From the NCBI GenBank assembly GCA_050251055.1, contig JBFWNL010000003.1:192001-256000 (forward strand): a stretch of 64,000 nt of DNA, given 5' to 3'. Below the pieces are notes generated by a model, which saw nothing but the letters and a program-made list of their open reading frames with translations, was not told where the DNA came from and did not search any database. The stretch is from Bacteriovoracia bacterium (GTDB taxonomy: Bacteria; Bdellovibrionota; UBA1018; JBFWNL01). This document shows positions 26,597-35,217 of the stretch, in pieces. Position 1 is the first letter of the stretch; each line of letters begins with the position of its first letter. Both the position numbers and the translations under genes were made by a program.

Positions 26597-29053
26597 ATGG
26601 TCACCAACTATGACGGCGAACAAGTAGAGATACCAGAAGTACTTCCCATGCTACCGGTACGGGACATCGTGGTTTTCCCGTACATGATCATCCCGCTCTT
26701 CGTGGGGCGCGATTCCTCCATCCAAAGCGTCGAGGAAGCGCTCTCGCGCTCCGACCGCCTGATCCTCCTGGCTTCCCAGAAAGACATCACGGACGAGCAC
26801 CCAAGCCCCGACCGCATCTACAACGTCGGCACCGTCGCCATGATCATGCGCATGCGCAAGCTCCCCGACGGTCGGATCAAGATCCTGACCCAAGGCCTGT
26901 GCAAAGCTAAGATTAACGAATTCACCCAGACGCAGCCTTACTTCCAGGTCCGCGTGACCAAGGTGGAGAACACCGTCACCGGATTGGTTTCGGAGCATGA
27001 AGCGCTTATCCGCAACGTGCGCGAGCAGCTGGAGAAGATTATCAACCTGGGTAAGGTGCTCGCCCCGGACATCCTGATGGTCCTTGAAGACATCAACGAC
27101 CCTGGGCGCATGGCGGACCTTATCGCCTCGAATCTGGGCCTGAAAGTCAACGACGCCCAAGACGTGCTCGAAGTCACCGATTCGTTCGAGCGCCTGAAGC
27201 GCGTGCACGACCACCTGATTAAGGAATACGAAGTCCTCACCTTGCAAGCTAAGATCCGCTCGCAAGCCAAGGACGAGATGACGAAATCGCAGAAGGAATA
27301 CTTCCTCCGCGAGCAAATCCGCGCCATCAAAAACGAGCTCGGCGACGCCGACTCGAAGGGCGAAGAGATGGACGAGCTCAAGGATAAGATCATCAACTGC
27401 AAGATGCCCCAGGAAGTCGAGCACGAAGCCCTCAAGCAGCTGGGCCGCCTCGAGCGGATGCACCCGGAAGCTTCCGAAGCCTCCATGCTCCGCACCTACA
27501 TCGACTGGCTGATTGATACCCCTTGGAGCAAACAGAGCGAGGACAACCTCGACCTAGCGCGCGCCAAGGCGATCCTGGACGAAGACCACTTCAATCTTCA
27601 GAAGATCAAGGAACGCGTGCTTGAATATCTCGCGGTCCGCAAGCTGAAGAACAAGATGAAAGGCCCCATTCTTTGCTTCTCGGGCCCCCCGGGCGTGGGT
27701 AAAACCTCGCTGGGCCGCTCGATCGCGCGCGCCTTGGGCCGCAGCTTTGTGCGGATCTCCCTGGGCGGCGTGAAGGACGAAGCCGAAATCCGTGGTCACC
27801 GGCGCACTTACGTCGGCGCGCTCCCCGGCCGCATCGTGCAGGGCCTGAAACAAGCCGGCACGAACAACCCGGTCTTCGTACTCGACGAAATCGACAAACT
27901 TGGCAGCGACTTCCGCGGTGATCCGTCGGCGGCGCTCCTGGAGTTGCTCGACCCCGAACAGAACTTTTCTTTCCGGGATCATTACTTGAACGTCCCGTTC
28001 GACGTCTCGAACGTGATGTTCATCGCGACCTGCAACATGCTGGATACGATTCCGTCCGCGCTTCGCGACCGCATGGAGATCATCCAGCTGTCGGGTTACA
28101 TGGAAGAGGAAAAGTACCACATCACCAAGCGCCACCTCATTCCGAAGCAGATCGAAGAGAATGGCCTGAAGGAAAAGCAGATCCAGTTCACCGAAGAAGG
28201 CGTGAAAACCATCATCGGTCAGTACACCCGTGAAGCCGGGTTGCGTAACCTAGAGCGCCAAGTCGCCACGGTTTGCCGCAAGACCGCGCGCCGCGTGGCG
28301 GAAGGCACGGCCGAAAAAACCGTGATCACGCCGGAGTTGGTCTACAAGTTCTTGGGGCCCCCTCCGTATATCCGCGAAGACGAGCAGGAAAAGGACGAAG
28401 TCGGCATCGCCACGGGCTTAGCCTGGACGGCGGTCGGCGGGGAGATCCTCTACGTGGAAACCACGGCGAACAAAGGCAAGGGAGGCATTAGCCTCACCGG
28501 CCAACTGGGCGACGTGATGCGTGAATCCGGCCAAACCGCTCTCGGTTTGATCCGGTGGCGCGCGAAGGATTTCGGCATCAACGAGAACGTGTTCGCGAAC
28601 ACCGATATCCACATCCACTTCCCGGCGGGCGCTGTGCCCAAGGACGGTCCGTCGGCAGGTATCACCGTCACCAGCGCGATTATCTCGCGCCTGACGGGCG
28701 TACCCCTCCGCAAAGACGTCGCCATGACGGGTGAGATCACCCTCACCGGCCGCGTGCTCCCGATCGGAGGCTTGAAGGAAAAAGCACTGGCCGCGATGAG
28801 ACATGGCATCAAAACCATCATCATCCCGGACAAGAACAAGAAGGATCTCGAGGATATCCCGGACGAGTTCCGCGAGCAGATGGAATTCATCCCCGTGAAG
28901 ACCATCGACGAAGTCCTCGATATCGTTCTCGTGAAGAAGATCACCCGCCTGAACGTGAAGAAGGGCGGCGGCGGCAAGGAATCCAAGTCGAAGGCGACGA
29001 AGAAAATCCTGCCGACGGCGGCGGCCAACTCGATCGCCGCCAAGTCGAAGTAG
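26597..29053 (+). CDS. lon: ATP-dependent Lon protease
   Basis: LPVRDIVVFP N-domain, GPPGVGKTS, RGHRRTYVGA, PKDGPSAG, GGLKEK; GGAGGAG RBS. Confidence 0.97.
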   Translation: MVTNYDGEQVEIPEVLPMLPVRDIVVFPYMIIPLFVGRDSSIQSVEEALSRSDRLILLASQKDITDEHPSPDRIYNVGTVAMIMRMRKLPDGRIKILTQGLCKAKINEFTQTQPYFQVRVTKVENTVTGLVSEHEALIRNVREQLEKIINLGKVLAPDILMVLEDINDPGRMADLIASNLGLKVNDAQDVLEVTDSFERLKRVHDHLIKEYEVLTLQAKIRSQAKDEMTKSQKEYFLREQIRAIKNELGDADSKGEEMDELKDKIINCKMPQEVEHEALKQLGRLERMHPEASEASMLRTYIDWLIDTPWSKQSEDNLDLARAKAILDEDHFNLQKIKERVLEYLAVRKLKNKMKGPILCFSGPPGVGKTSLGRSIARALGRSFVRISLGGVKDEAEIRGHRRTYVGALPGRIVQGLKQAGTNNPVFVLDEIDKLGSDFRGDPSAALLELLDPEQNFSFRDHYLNVPFDVSNVMFIATCNMLDTIPSALRDRMEIIQLSGYMEEEKYHITKRHLIPKQIEENGLKEKQIQFTEEGVKTIIGQYTREAGLRNLERQVATVCRKTARRVAEGTAEKTVITPELVYKFLGPPPYIREDEQEKDEVGIATGLAWTAVGGEILYVETTANKGKGGISLTGQLGDVMRESGQTALGLIRWRAKDFGINENVFANTDIHIHFPAGAVPKDGPSAGITVTSAIISRLTGVPLRKDVAMTGEITLTGRVLPIGGLKEKALAAMRHGIKTIIIPDKNKKDLEDIPDEFREQMEFIPVKTIDEVLDIVLVKKITRLNVKKGGGGKESKSKATKKILPTAAANSIAAKSK

Positions 29054-29091
29054 CGCGCCACGGTGGTTTGGGTTAGACTCGACCGTACTCC

Positions 29092-30132
29092 GTGACGGCA
29101 TTCGAAGCGATTTTCTGTATATTTCTCATGGCGACCTCCGCGATATTCTCGTCGTCGGAGGTCGCCCTCTTTAGCCTTTCCCGCTTCCAGCTCCGCTATC
29201 TCCGCGAAAACTTCGGAAACGCCTACAAGAAAATCCGTAGGCTGCTCTCCGATCCCGGTGGATTGCTTTTGACCATCCTGATCGCGAATGAGGTGGTGAA
29301 CATCTCGCTTTCGACCGTGATCGAAAGCGCCATTGCCCGCAACTGGGAGGCGATCGCCGCCACCCTGCCCGGTACCTGGCCGACGACCATCCCCCCTTGG
29401 CAGCTGCAGATGGCAATGGGCATCCTGATCACCACCCCGATCATCCTGCTCATCTGCGACGTCACGCCGAAAGTCTTCGGTGCCCGGGCAAATCAGATGA
29501 TCGCGACGCTGCTCGCGGGCTTTGTCCTCCAGGCCTTTCGTGTGACCGGACCGCTGCGGATACTCACGAAGCGCGTCGTCTACCTGCTAACGGGACAGCG
29601 GAAGGACTTTCGCGATCACGATTCGCACCCCACTAAGATCATCAAGGAAGAGGACTTTTTGCTGATGGTCGAAGAGGGCCATAAGGAAGGCATGGTGAAC
29701 GAAAGCGAGGTGGACCTGATCCAAAAGGTCTTCAAGCTCGATAACACCCAAGTTTCCCAAATCTTTACGCCGCTGCAGCAAGCCTTCACGATGCCCGCCA
29801 CGACCACGATCTCGATCGCCTTGGCCGAGATCCAGCGCCGCAAATTTTACCGCATCCCCATCTACGGCAAAAGCCGCTCGGCCATCATCGGCATCCTATA
29901 CGCGAAAGACCTTATGGCCGCAAAGCTCAATCCCCAGCTCGGATCCCAGCCGGTGGACCGGATGATCCGCAAACCCCTCTTCGTGGCCGCCTCTTTGCCG
30001 GTGAATTCACTGTTCACGCAGCTCAAGCGCAACAAAACCCACATGGCGGTGGTGGTAGACGACAGACAAAACGCACTAGGCATCGTGACCCTGGGGGACA
30101 TTATCGATGAGCTATTCGAGGACATCCTATGA
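29092..30132 (+). CDS. CNNM/DUF21-CBS (hemolysin/CorC-like) membrane protein
   Basis: FSSSEVALFSL, TILIANEVVN, DVTPK, YRIPIY, HMAVVVDD. Confidence 0.88.
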   Translation: MTAFEAIFCIFLMATSAIFSSSEVALFSLSRFQLRYLRENFGNAYKKIRRLLSDPGGLLLTILIANEVVNISLSTVIESAIARNWEAIAATLPGTWPTTIPPWQLQMAMGILITTPIILLICDVTPKVFGARANQMIATLLAGFVLQAFRVTGPLRILTKRVVYLLTGQRKDFRDHDSHPTKIIKEEDFLLMVEEGHKEGMVNESEVDLIQKVFKLDNTQVSQIFTPLQQAFTMPATTTISIALAEIQRRKFYRIPIYGKSRSAIIGILYAKDLMAAKLNPQLGSQPVDRMIRKPLFVAASLPVNSLFTQLKRNKTHMAVVVDDRQNALGIVTLGDIIDELFEDIL

Positions 30133-31406
30133 ATTTGGCCCTCGATATCGTCGACATGATAAAGATCATCCCCGCGCTCATCTTGCTCGAGGGTTTTTTT
30201 TCGGGCTCCGAACTCGCGCTGCTATCGGCGGACCGGATCAAGCTAAAGATGGCCGCAAAGGATGGTTCGCCCGGAGCCGGCTTGGCGCTACGTCTGCTGG
30301 ACCAGGTGCATCGCATTTTCTCCACCACCATCTTAGTGGCGGTCGCTTCGGTGGTCGCCGTTTCCGGATTGATTACGATCTATATTAATGAGCGTGGATA
30401 TGCGCACGGGACCTTGCTGGCGATCCTAGTGACTTCGCCTTTGATCGTGATTTTCGGAGAGCTCATCCCGAAGGTGATCTTTCAACGCCACGCCAACCGC
30501 CTGGCCCCTTGGGTTTCATATCCCGTCTACGGTCTTTATTTGCTGCTATATCCGATCACCTTCCTGCTCTCGGCGGTAACTTCGCGGCTCGAGAAGCTCG
30601 TGGTCCCCATGCAGGAGCTCATCATCGGACGCCAGCAAACCACCCGCGACGAGCTGCGCTCGCTCTTGAGCATGGGCAAGAAGGAAACCGCGATCAAGAC
30701 GACCGAAAAACGCATGATCAAGCGCATCTTCGACTTCACTAATAGTGAAGCGCAGCAGGCCTTGATCCCGTTGGTTAAAGTCGATGCCCTGGAGTCCTCT
30801 TCCACCGTTCAAGAAGCCCTCCTCGAGTTCCAGCGCCATCGGCATTCGCGCGTCCCGGTTTACACGGAACGCGTGGATAACATCATAGGCTTGCTCGAGG
30901 TGTCCGATCTTTTCAGCGCCGCGGATCTTTCCACGCGCATCGATACCCTGGTCACCCCCGCCCACTATATTTCCGAGACCCAGTCCCTGGAGGACGCGTT
31001 CGTGGAGATGCAAAACGCGAAATGGGAAATGGCGATCGTCGTAGACGAATACGGCGGAGCCGTCGGAATTCTGACGATCGAGGATATCGTGGAGGAAATC
31101 GTCGGAGAAATCAGCGATGAGTACGACACCGAATCCTCCCTGTTCCGGGCGCTCTCCGAAACGAGCTGGATTATCCCCGCCCGGACCGAAGTGAAGAAGA
31201 TCAACGAGGCCCTTCCGTTGTCGTTGCCCGAGGGCGATTACGAGACGTTGGCGGGCTTTCTGCTGCAGCAGTTCGGACGGATCCCCAACATCAACGACGA
31301 GCTTTTCTTCACCACGCGCGCCGGCCAAGTGAAGTTCATCGTGATGGAAGCGAGCCGTCGATCCATCGACAAAGTCACCGTCGAGCTCACGCCGTCAAGC
31401 GAATGA
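30129..31406 (+). CDS. CNNM/DUF21-CBS-CorC membrane protein
   Basis: FFSGSELAL, FGELIPK, HSRVPVY, VVDEYGG, EDIVEEIVGEISDEYD, YETLAGF. Confidence 0.92.
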   Translation: MNLALDIVDMIKIIPALILLEGFFSGSELALLSADRIKLKMAAKDGSPGAGLALRLLDQVHRIFSTTILVAVASVVAVSGLITIYINERGYAHGTLLAILVTSPLIVIFGELIPKVIFQRHANRLAPWVSYPVYGLYLLLYPITFLLSAVTSRLEKLVVPMQELIIGRQQTTRDELRSLLSMGKKETAIKTTEKRMIKRIFDFTNSEAQQALIPLVKVDALESSSTVQEALLEFQRHRHSRVPVYTERVDNIIGLLEVSDLFSAADLSTRIDTLVTPAHYISETQSLEDAFVEMQNAKWEMAIVVDEYGGAVGILTIEDIVEEIVGEISDEYDTESSLFRALSETSWIIPARTEVKKINEALPLSLPEGDYETLAGFLLQQFGRIPNINDELFFTTRAGQVKFIVMEASRRSIDKVTVELTPSSE

Positions 31407-31430
31407 CGCTAGCCCGGCAAGCCCCGCCGA

Positions 31431-31459
31431 TGGACGTCCAAGCGCGGCTTGTATAGAAT
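31431..31459 (+). promoter_or_regulatory. Putative sigma-70 promoter (likely leaderless cheY transcript)
   Basis: TGGACG-N17-TAGAAT, with ATG 31466 only 6 nt after the -10 box and no RBS. Confidence 0.45.
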
Positions 31460-31465
31460 GAATGC

Positions 31466-31870
31466 ATGGCGAGGACCGTGCTCATCGTGGATGACGTCAG
31501 TTTCGTGAGGAAGACCTTGGCGGACATCCTCACTAAAGCGCATTTTCAAGTCGTCGGCGAAGCCGAAACCGGCGTGCAAGCCGTGGAAATGTACATGCGG
31601 CTCAAGCCGAATGTCGTCACCATGGACGTCGTGATGCCGCAGATGAGCGGCATCGAAGCCACCCGAAAAATCGTCAAGAAGGACAAGAACGCCCGCATCA
31701 TCATCGTCTCGGCCATGGGGCAAGAGCACATGGTGATGGAGGCGATCAACGCTGGCGCGCGCGACTACATCCTCAAGCCCTTCACCGAAAATGAGATCAT
31801 TCGGACCGTGGAGCACGTGATCACGTCTGATCAAGGTGGAGGATCAGCCCGAAAGGTGGCCAGCAAATGA
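31466..31870 (+). CDS. cheY: Single-domain response regulator, CheY-like
   Basis: IVDD, TMDVVMP, SAMGQ, YILKPF; no output domain. Confidence 0.85.
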   Translation: MARTVLIVDDVSFVRKTLADILTKAHFQVVGEAETGVQAVEMYMRLKPNVVTMDVVMPQMSGIEATRKIVKKDKNARIIIVSAMGQEHMVMEAINAGARDYILKPFTENEIIRTVEHVITSDQGGGSARKVASK

Positions 31871-32337
31871 TCCGACTGGTGAACTCCGACACCCTAGATC
31901 TGGCGATGCCGCGCTCTTTTCAGTTTTACCACTTCGGCGCCGTTGAAAAAGCGGTGACCCCTTCCGCGCCCAGCCCAGAGGACCTGAAAGCCATCGTCCA
32001 TGGCTCGACCGTGGTGGCATTCCAAATCTACTCCTTGGCCGATCGCCAACGAAACCTGATGGTCGCCCTATTTGACGAAGCCCTCGAACACCAAGCGCAC
32101 GTAGAGCTCGGCAACACGCTGGCGAGCCGGCTCGCGGCCAATCTCGGCGCGGAGGTCGACGAAAGCATCTTGGTATCGCCGCCGATCGCGACGACCGATG
32201 AATACATCGAAAAATTACTCGACTCCGGCAGCGTTTCACAGCTGTTCAGCTACGTGCTCAAGTCCTCGGATGGACCTCGAGCGGTGAACGTGCTGTTCTT
32301 CTCGTTCCGCCCGCAAATGGAGCGGTTCCATGTTTAG
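31867..32337 (+). CDS. Hypothetical protein with CheC/CheX-like ExxN motif
   Basis: HVELGNTLASRLA followed by ILVSPP; ATGA overlap with cheY. Confidence 0.6.
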   Translation: MIRLVNSDTLDLAMPRSFQFYHFGAVEKAVTPSAPSPEDLKAIVHGSTVVAFQIYSLADRQRNLMVALFDEALEHQAHVELGNTLASRLAANLGAEVDESILVSPPIATTDEYIEKLLDSGSVSQLFSYVLKSSDGPRAVNVLFFSFRPQMERFHV

Positions 32338-32590
32338 AATGATTGGCTGGATCTTTCGCGCGACGCTCGTCACGCTGGCCGTCCTGGTCTTCGGCAATGC
32401 CGTCAGTTTGCGGGGTCGTACGGTGTCCGAGCACGTGCGCGTGCAAATGAATGAGATCGGAAAGACGTCCGCTGCGGCTCGCGTGCGGAGATGGCTCGCG
32501 CGCGAGTCAAACGCCGCGACCAAGCCCGCCACGCCCGACTCCGTGTCGGCGCTTCTCAGGGAACTGAATTCTAAGCCCGTTCGCGATTAA
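32330..32590 (+). CDS. Small membrane-anchored hypothetical protein
   Basis: Overlaps the previous stop, GGAG upstream, single hydrophobic helix. Confidence 0.6.
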   Translation: MFRMIGWIFRATLVTLAVLVFGNAVSLRGRTVSEHVRVQMNEIGKTSAAARVRRWLARESNAATKPATPDSVSALLRELNSKPVRD

Positions 32591-32595
32591 GCGAA

Positions 32596-32811
32596 TTAGC
32601 GCGCTTGCGCCGCGGAGGCTGCCTTCACGGCGCCCTTGGTTTCCAGGCGATCCAAAGCATCGATATCGACGTTGTTCTTCAGCATCGCCGCCGTCACTTC
32701 ACAAAACGCCGAGCGAGCGTCGGTCGGGGAAGAAAGCTCTTCCGCGCGGACGCTGATCGCTGCCATATTCAGTCCGAATACCACGATGGCCAACCACAAC
32801 AAGTTTTTCAT
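32596..32811 (-). CDS. Small secreted protein (71 aa), positional analogue of Bdellovibrio hit-locus small proteins
   Basis: Sec signal MKNLLWLAIVVFGLNMAAISVRA, GAGGAG RBS, single Cys, own sigma-54 promoter. Confidence 0.75.
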   Translation of the reverse strand: MKNLLWLAIVVFGLNMAAISVRAEELSSPTDARSAFCEVTAAMLKNNVDIDALDRLETKGAVKAASAAQAR

Positions 32812-32914
32812 GGCTCACTACTCCTCTGTTCTCTGCTTCTTCAACTCTGCTACTACAGCACTGGCGGCTCTTGAGAGTCCCTCTCGGGAGTCACCAGTAG
32901 ATAAGGGTAGGTAG

Positions 32915-32930
32915 TGCAACACCGGTGCCA
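32915..32930 (-). promoter_or_regulatory. Sigma-54 promoter
   Basis: Minus strand TGGCACCGGTGTTGCA, a perfect TGGCAC-N5-TTGCA. Confidence 0.8.
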
Positions 32931-33084
32931 CGTTGACACAGGCCTAGGTCGTCGATCTGTTTGGTTTTTTCCCGGCGCTGGATTTGCGGGGGGTGGGTCG
33001 ATTTCGACAGCCACCGATCAGCTGTAAACTCTTTGATCAGGCGGGGAAGCGGCGGAACGGCGAGAATAGCGTGGGCAGGTTTCC

Positions 33085-33125
33085 AAAAAAACAAAAAGGC
33101 CCACGTGGTACTCCACGTGGGCCCT
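33085..33125 (-). terminator. Rho-independent terminator
   Basis: 11-bp stem GGCCCACGTGG/CCACGTGGGCC with a 4-nt loop and a T run on the minus strand. Confidence 0.85.
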
Positions 33126-33148
33126 ATAGGTAAGTCTAAAACTTTTTA

Positions 33149-33334
33149 TTAGATCGCGGAATCGGCCGCAGGAGCGCCCACCGGAGGCACCGGCACTGGA
33201 GTGCCAGGCTGACCAACGACAGTGGGGGTCTTCACGGTTTCATCGGCGGCTACGGTGCAGTTGCCTTTCACTTCCCCGGCGAAAGCGGGAGCGGCCATCA
33301 CGAGCGCCAAGATCATCAAAGTAATTTTCTTCAT
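33149..33334 (-). CDS. Small secreted Pro-rich, probably disordered protein (61 aa), Hit/Bd0108-like by position
   Basis: Sec signal MKKITLMILALVMAAPAFA, GGAGGAG RBS, single Cys, PGTPVPVPPVGAP tail; directly downstream of the YD-repeat gene. Confidence 0.8.
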   Translation of the reverse strand: MKKITLMILALVMAAPAFAGEVKGNCTVAADETVKTPTVVGQPGTPVPVPPVGAPAADSAI

Positions 33335-33374
33335 AACCAATCTCTCCTCCAAAAAAACCTTCCACCCACTATAA

Positions 33375-33391
33375 AGCAAGCAAGGTGCCAA
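33375..33391 (-). promoter_or_regulatory. Sigma-54 promoter
   Basis: Minus strand TTGGCACCTTGCTTGCT, perfect consensus. Confidence 0.8.
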
Positions 33392-33475
33392 GCTCCGTCC
33401 CGAAAAGCCCTGGCTTTACCGGGGTTTAGCCGAACCCACGGCCGGCAAAGCGTCTAATGATTAGACAGCTGCCGA

Positions 33476-35194
33476 TCAGAACGAGAGATTCACGCCCGCC
33501 GGACGAATGATATCCAGTAACGTCTGGAACGCCGTCGTGACCTGCATGGCGATTTTCCGTCCCGCCGTGGAATCCACGTTCTTGATCTCGCCCGAATTCG
33601 TATAAGCCACGTTGATCGCGCCCAGTTGGGGATCGGTGATCTTGATCGGCTTGGAGTTCTCGTTGTATTCGAACTTCAGCACGCGGTTGGACTTATCGCG
33701 CATGCGGGCGATGCGGCCCTGGGTATCGTAAAACAGCTGAACGAAACGCGCGTCGGAATCCTTGGCCGTCACCAGATTGCATTTCGGATCGTACTTGAAG
33801 CTCGACCATTTCTTCTTCTGAGTCAGTTTCGAATAGAGCTGAACGTGCGTTACTTTCCCGCAAGATTTGTCGTAAGCCAGGCGCTTCACTTCGGTCGGTC
33901 CGGACTTTTCCGTCACGTGTCCCTTGGTGTCGTACTTGAACGCCGTAACTTCCTTGCCCCGCTTGATCATGATGGGCATGCCGCAGCACTCGTTGAAAAT
34001 GGTTTCGGTGCGATCGCCATCGATCGTCGTGGCCAGGCTGTAATTGTAGAGCTCACCCGTATCCTTGACCTTCATTACGTATTCGTAGGTGCTACGCGAA
34101 ACGACCTTGCCGCCTTTGGTCTTGACGTCCACACCCACGGTGAAGTGATTACGATCGCTGTCCTTGTACTTGTAGCTATACTCGGTCAGCGTACCGTCAC
34201 GATCCTTGAGGCTCTTGACGTTCTGGTTCAGGTCCTTTCCGAAATACTCCACGTTCATGCTCGAGTTGTCGGCATACCCGATCTTCGTCAAGTTGTGCCA
34301 CTGGTCCGTGCTGTATTCGTAAGTGTAGACGTTGGCGTCGGTATCCTTGCAGTAAACCAGCTCGTTCTGCTTATTATACTTATAAACCGCCTTCTTGCCG
34401 TTGAGGCCTTCCACGCTTTCCACCAGGCCTTGGCTGTTGAACGTGAAGTAGATCTTGCGGCTGAAGTTGTCTTCGATCTTGTTGAGGTGATTGTCCTTGC
34501 CGTAGGTAAACACGATGAAGTTATTATTCTTGTCGGTGACCTTGCCCAAACGTCCCGCTTCGTTGAAACGCTCCACGCGTCCGTTATCGAAGCTACGCAC
34601 GTAACCGCCGGCCACTTTCGTCAAAAACTGGTAGCTGAATCGATTCGAGGTAAACTGCGTGCCGTCCTTAACCGTGCGCGCCTTAAGGAGGCCCTTGGCG
34701 ACGAACCCTTCCCAGGTTTCATTCCGGAAGATGGCGTCGGTGCTGAGTTTCTTCTTGAAGGCGTCGATCTGGGCCTTAGCCGTCACCATGCCCTGTTTCT
34801 TGGCCGTCTCGGTGAGGCTGTCGACCGCGGTAGCGAGCTCCGCCTTATTGAAACCGACGGGGGTAAAGCGATTCTGGGCGCCCCCGCCGTACTCGTTCAC
34901 GACCACGCTGCCGTCGGCGGACACCGTGAGGTAAACTTCGTACTCGGTGCCCCAGCCGTAACCGAAGATCCCTTGGAAGCCGGTCTTGGAGTTGTAAACC
35001 CGCTCGACCTTCGGCTCGAATCCGCCGGGATAATAAAGATCGCGGTACGCGACGAAAAAATTACCGTTCTTGAGACTCACGTTCGACGAGGCGGTCGGAG
35101 CCAAGGCCAATCCGAAAACCAATCCCAAGCCGGCGCCGATTTTCGCCGAGCCACGTACCAAGCCAGAAAAATGACGGACCATGATTACCCCCAC
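33476..35194 (-). CDS. Secreted RHS/YD-repeat protein (DUF6531-like N-terminus), no toxin domain
   Basis: Signal peptide; VSLKNGNF, ERVYNS, GIFGYGW; many YD-type repeats (FKYDTKGH, LFYDTQGRI, FEYNENSK); no DPxG cleavage motif before the C-terminus. Confidence 0.88.
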   Translation of the reverse strand: MGVIMVRHFSGLVRGSAKIGAGLGLVFGLALAPTASSNVSLKNGNFFVAYRDLYYPGGFEPKVERVYNSKTGFQGIFGYGWGTEYEVYLTVSADGSVVVNEYGGGAQNRFTPVGFNKAELATAVDSLTETAKKQGMVTAKAQIDAFKKKLSTDAIFRNETWEGFVAKGLLKARTVKDGTQFTSNRFSYQFLTKVAGGYVRSFDNGRVERFNEAGRLGKVTDKNNNFIVFTYGKDNHLNKIEDNFSRKIYFTFNSQGLVESVEGLNGKKAVYKYNKQNELVYCKDTDANVYTYEYSTDQWHNLTKIGYADNSSMNVEYFGKDLNQNVKSLKDRDGTLTEYSYKYKDSDRNHFTVGVDVKTKGGKVVSRSTYEYVMKVKDTGELYNYSLATTIDGDRTETIFNECCGMPIMIKRGKEVTAFKYDTKGHVTEKSGPTEVKRLAYDKSCGKVTHVQLYSKLTQKKKWSSFKYDPKCNLVTAKDSDARFVQLFYDTQGRIARMRDKSNRVLKFEYNENSKPIKITDPQLGAINVAYTNSGEIKNVDSTAGRKIAMQVTTAFQTLLDIIRPAGVNLSF

Positions 35195-35217
35195 GAAAAA
35201 TAACTTTCCTCTCTGTA

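Noticed and set aside
29092-31406. Hemolysin toxins
   Set aside because: CNNM/CBS/CorC proteins are Mg2+ transport-related; 'hemolysin' is a legacy label.
33149-35194. RHS toxin-immunity pair
   Set aside because: No cleavage motif or toxin tip; the downstream ORF has its own promoter and looks disordered.
33626-35203. 525-aa plus-strand ORF opposite the YD-repeat gene
   Set aside because: Antisense shadow; the minus strand carries the recognisable protein.
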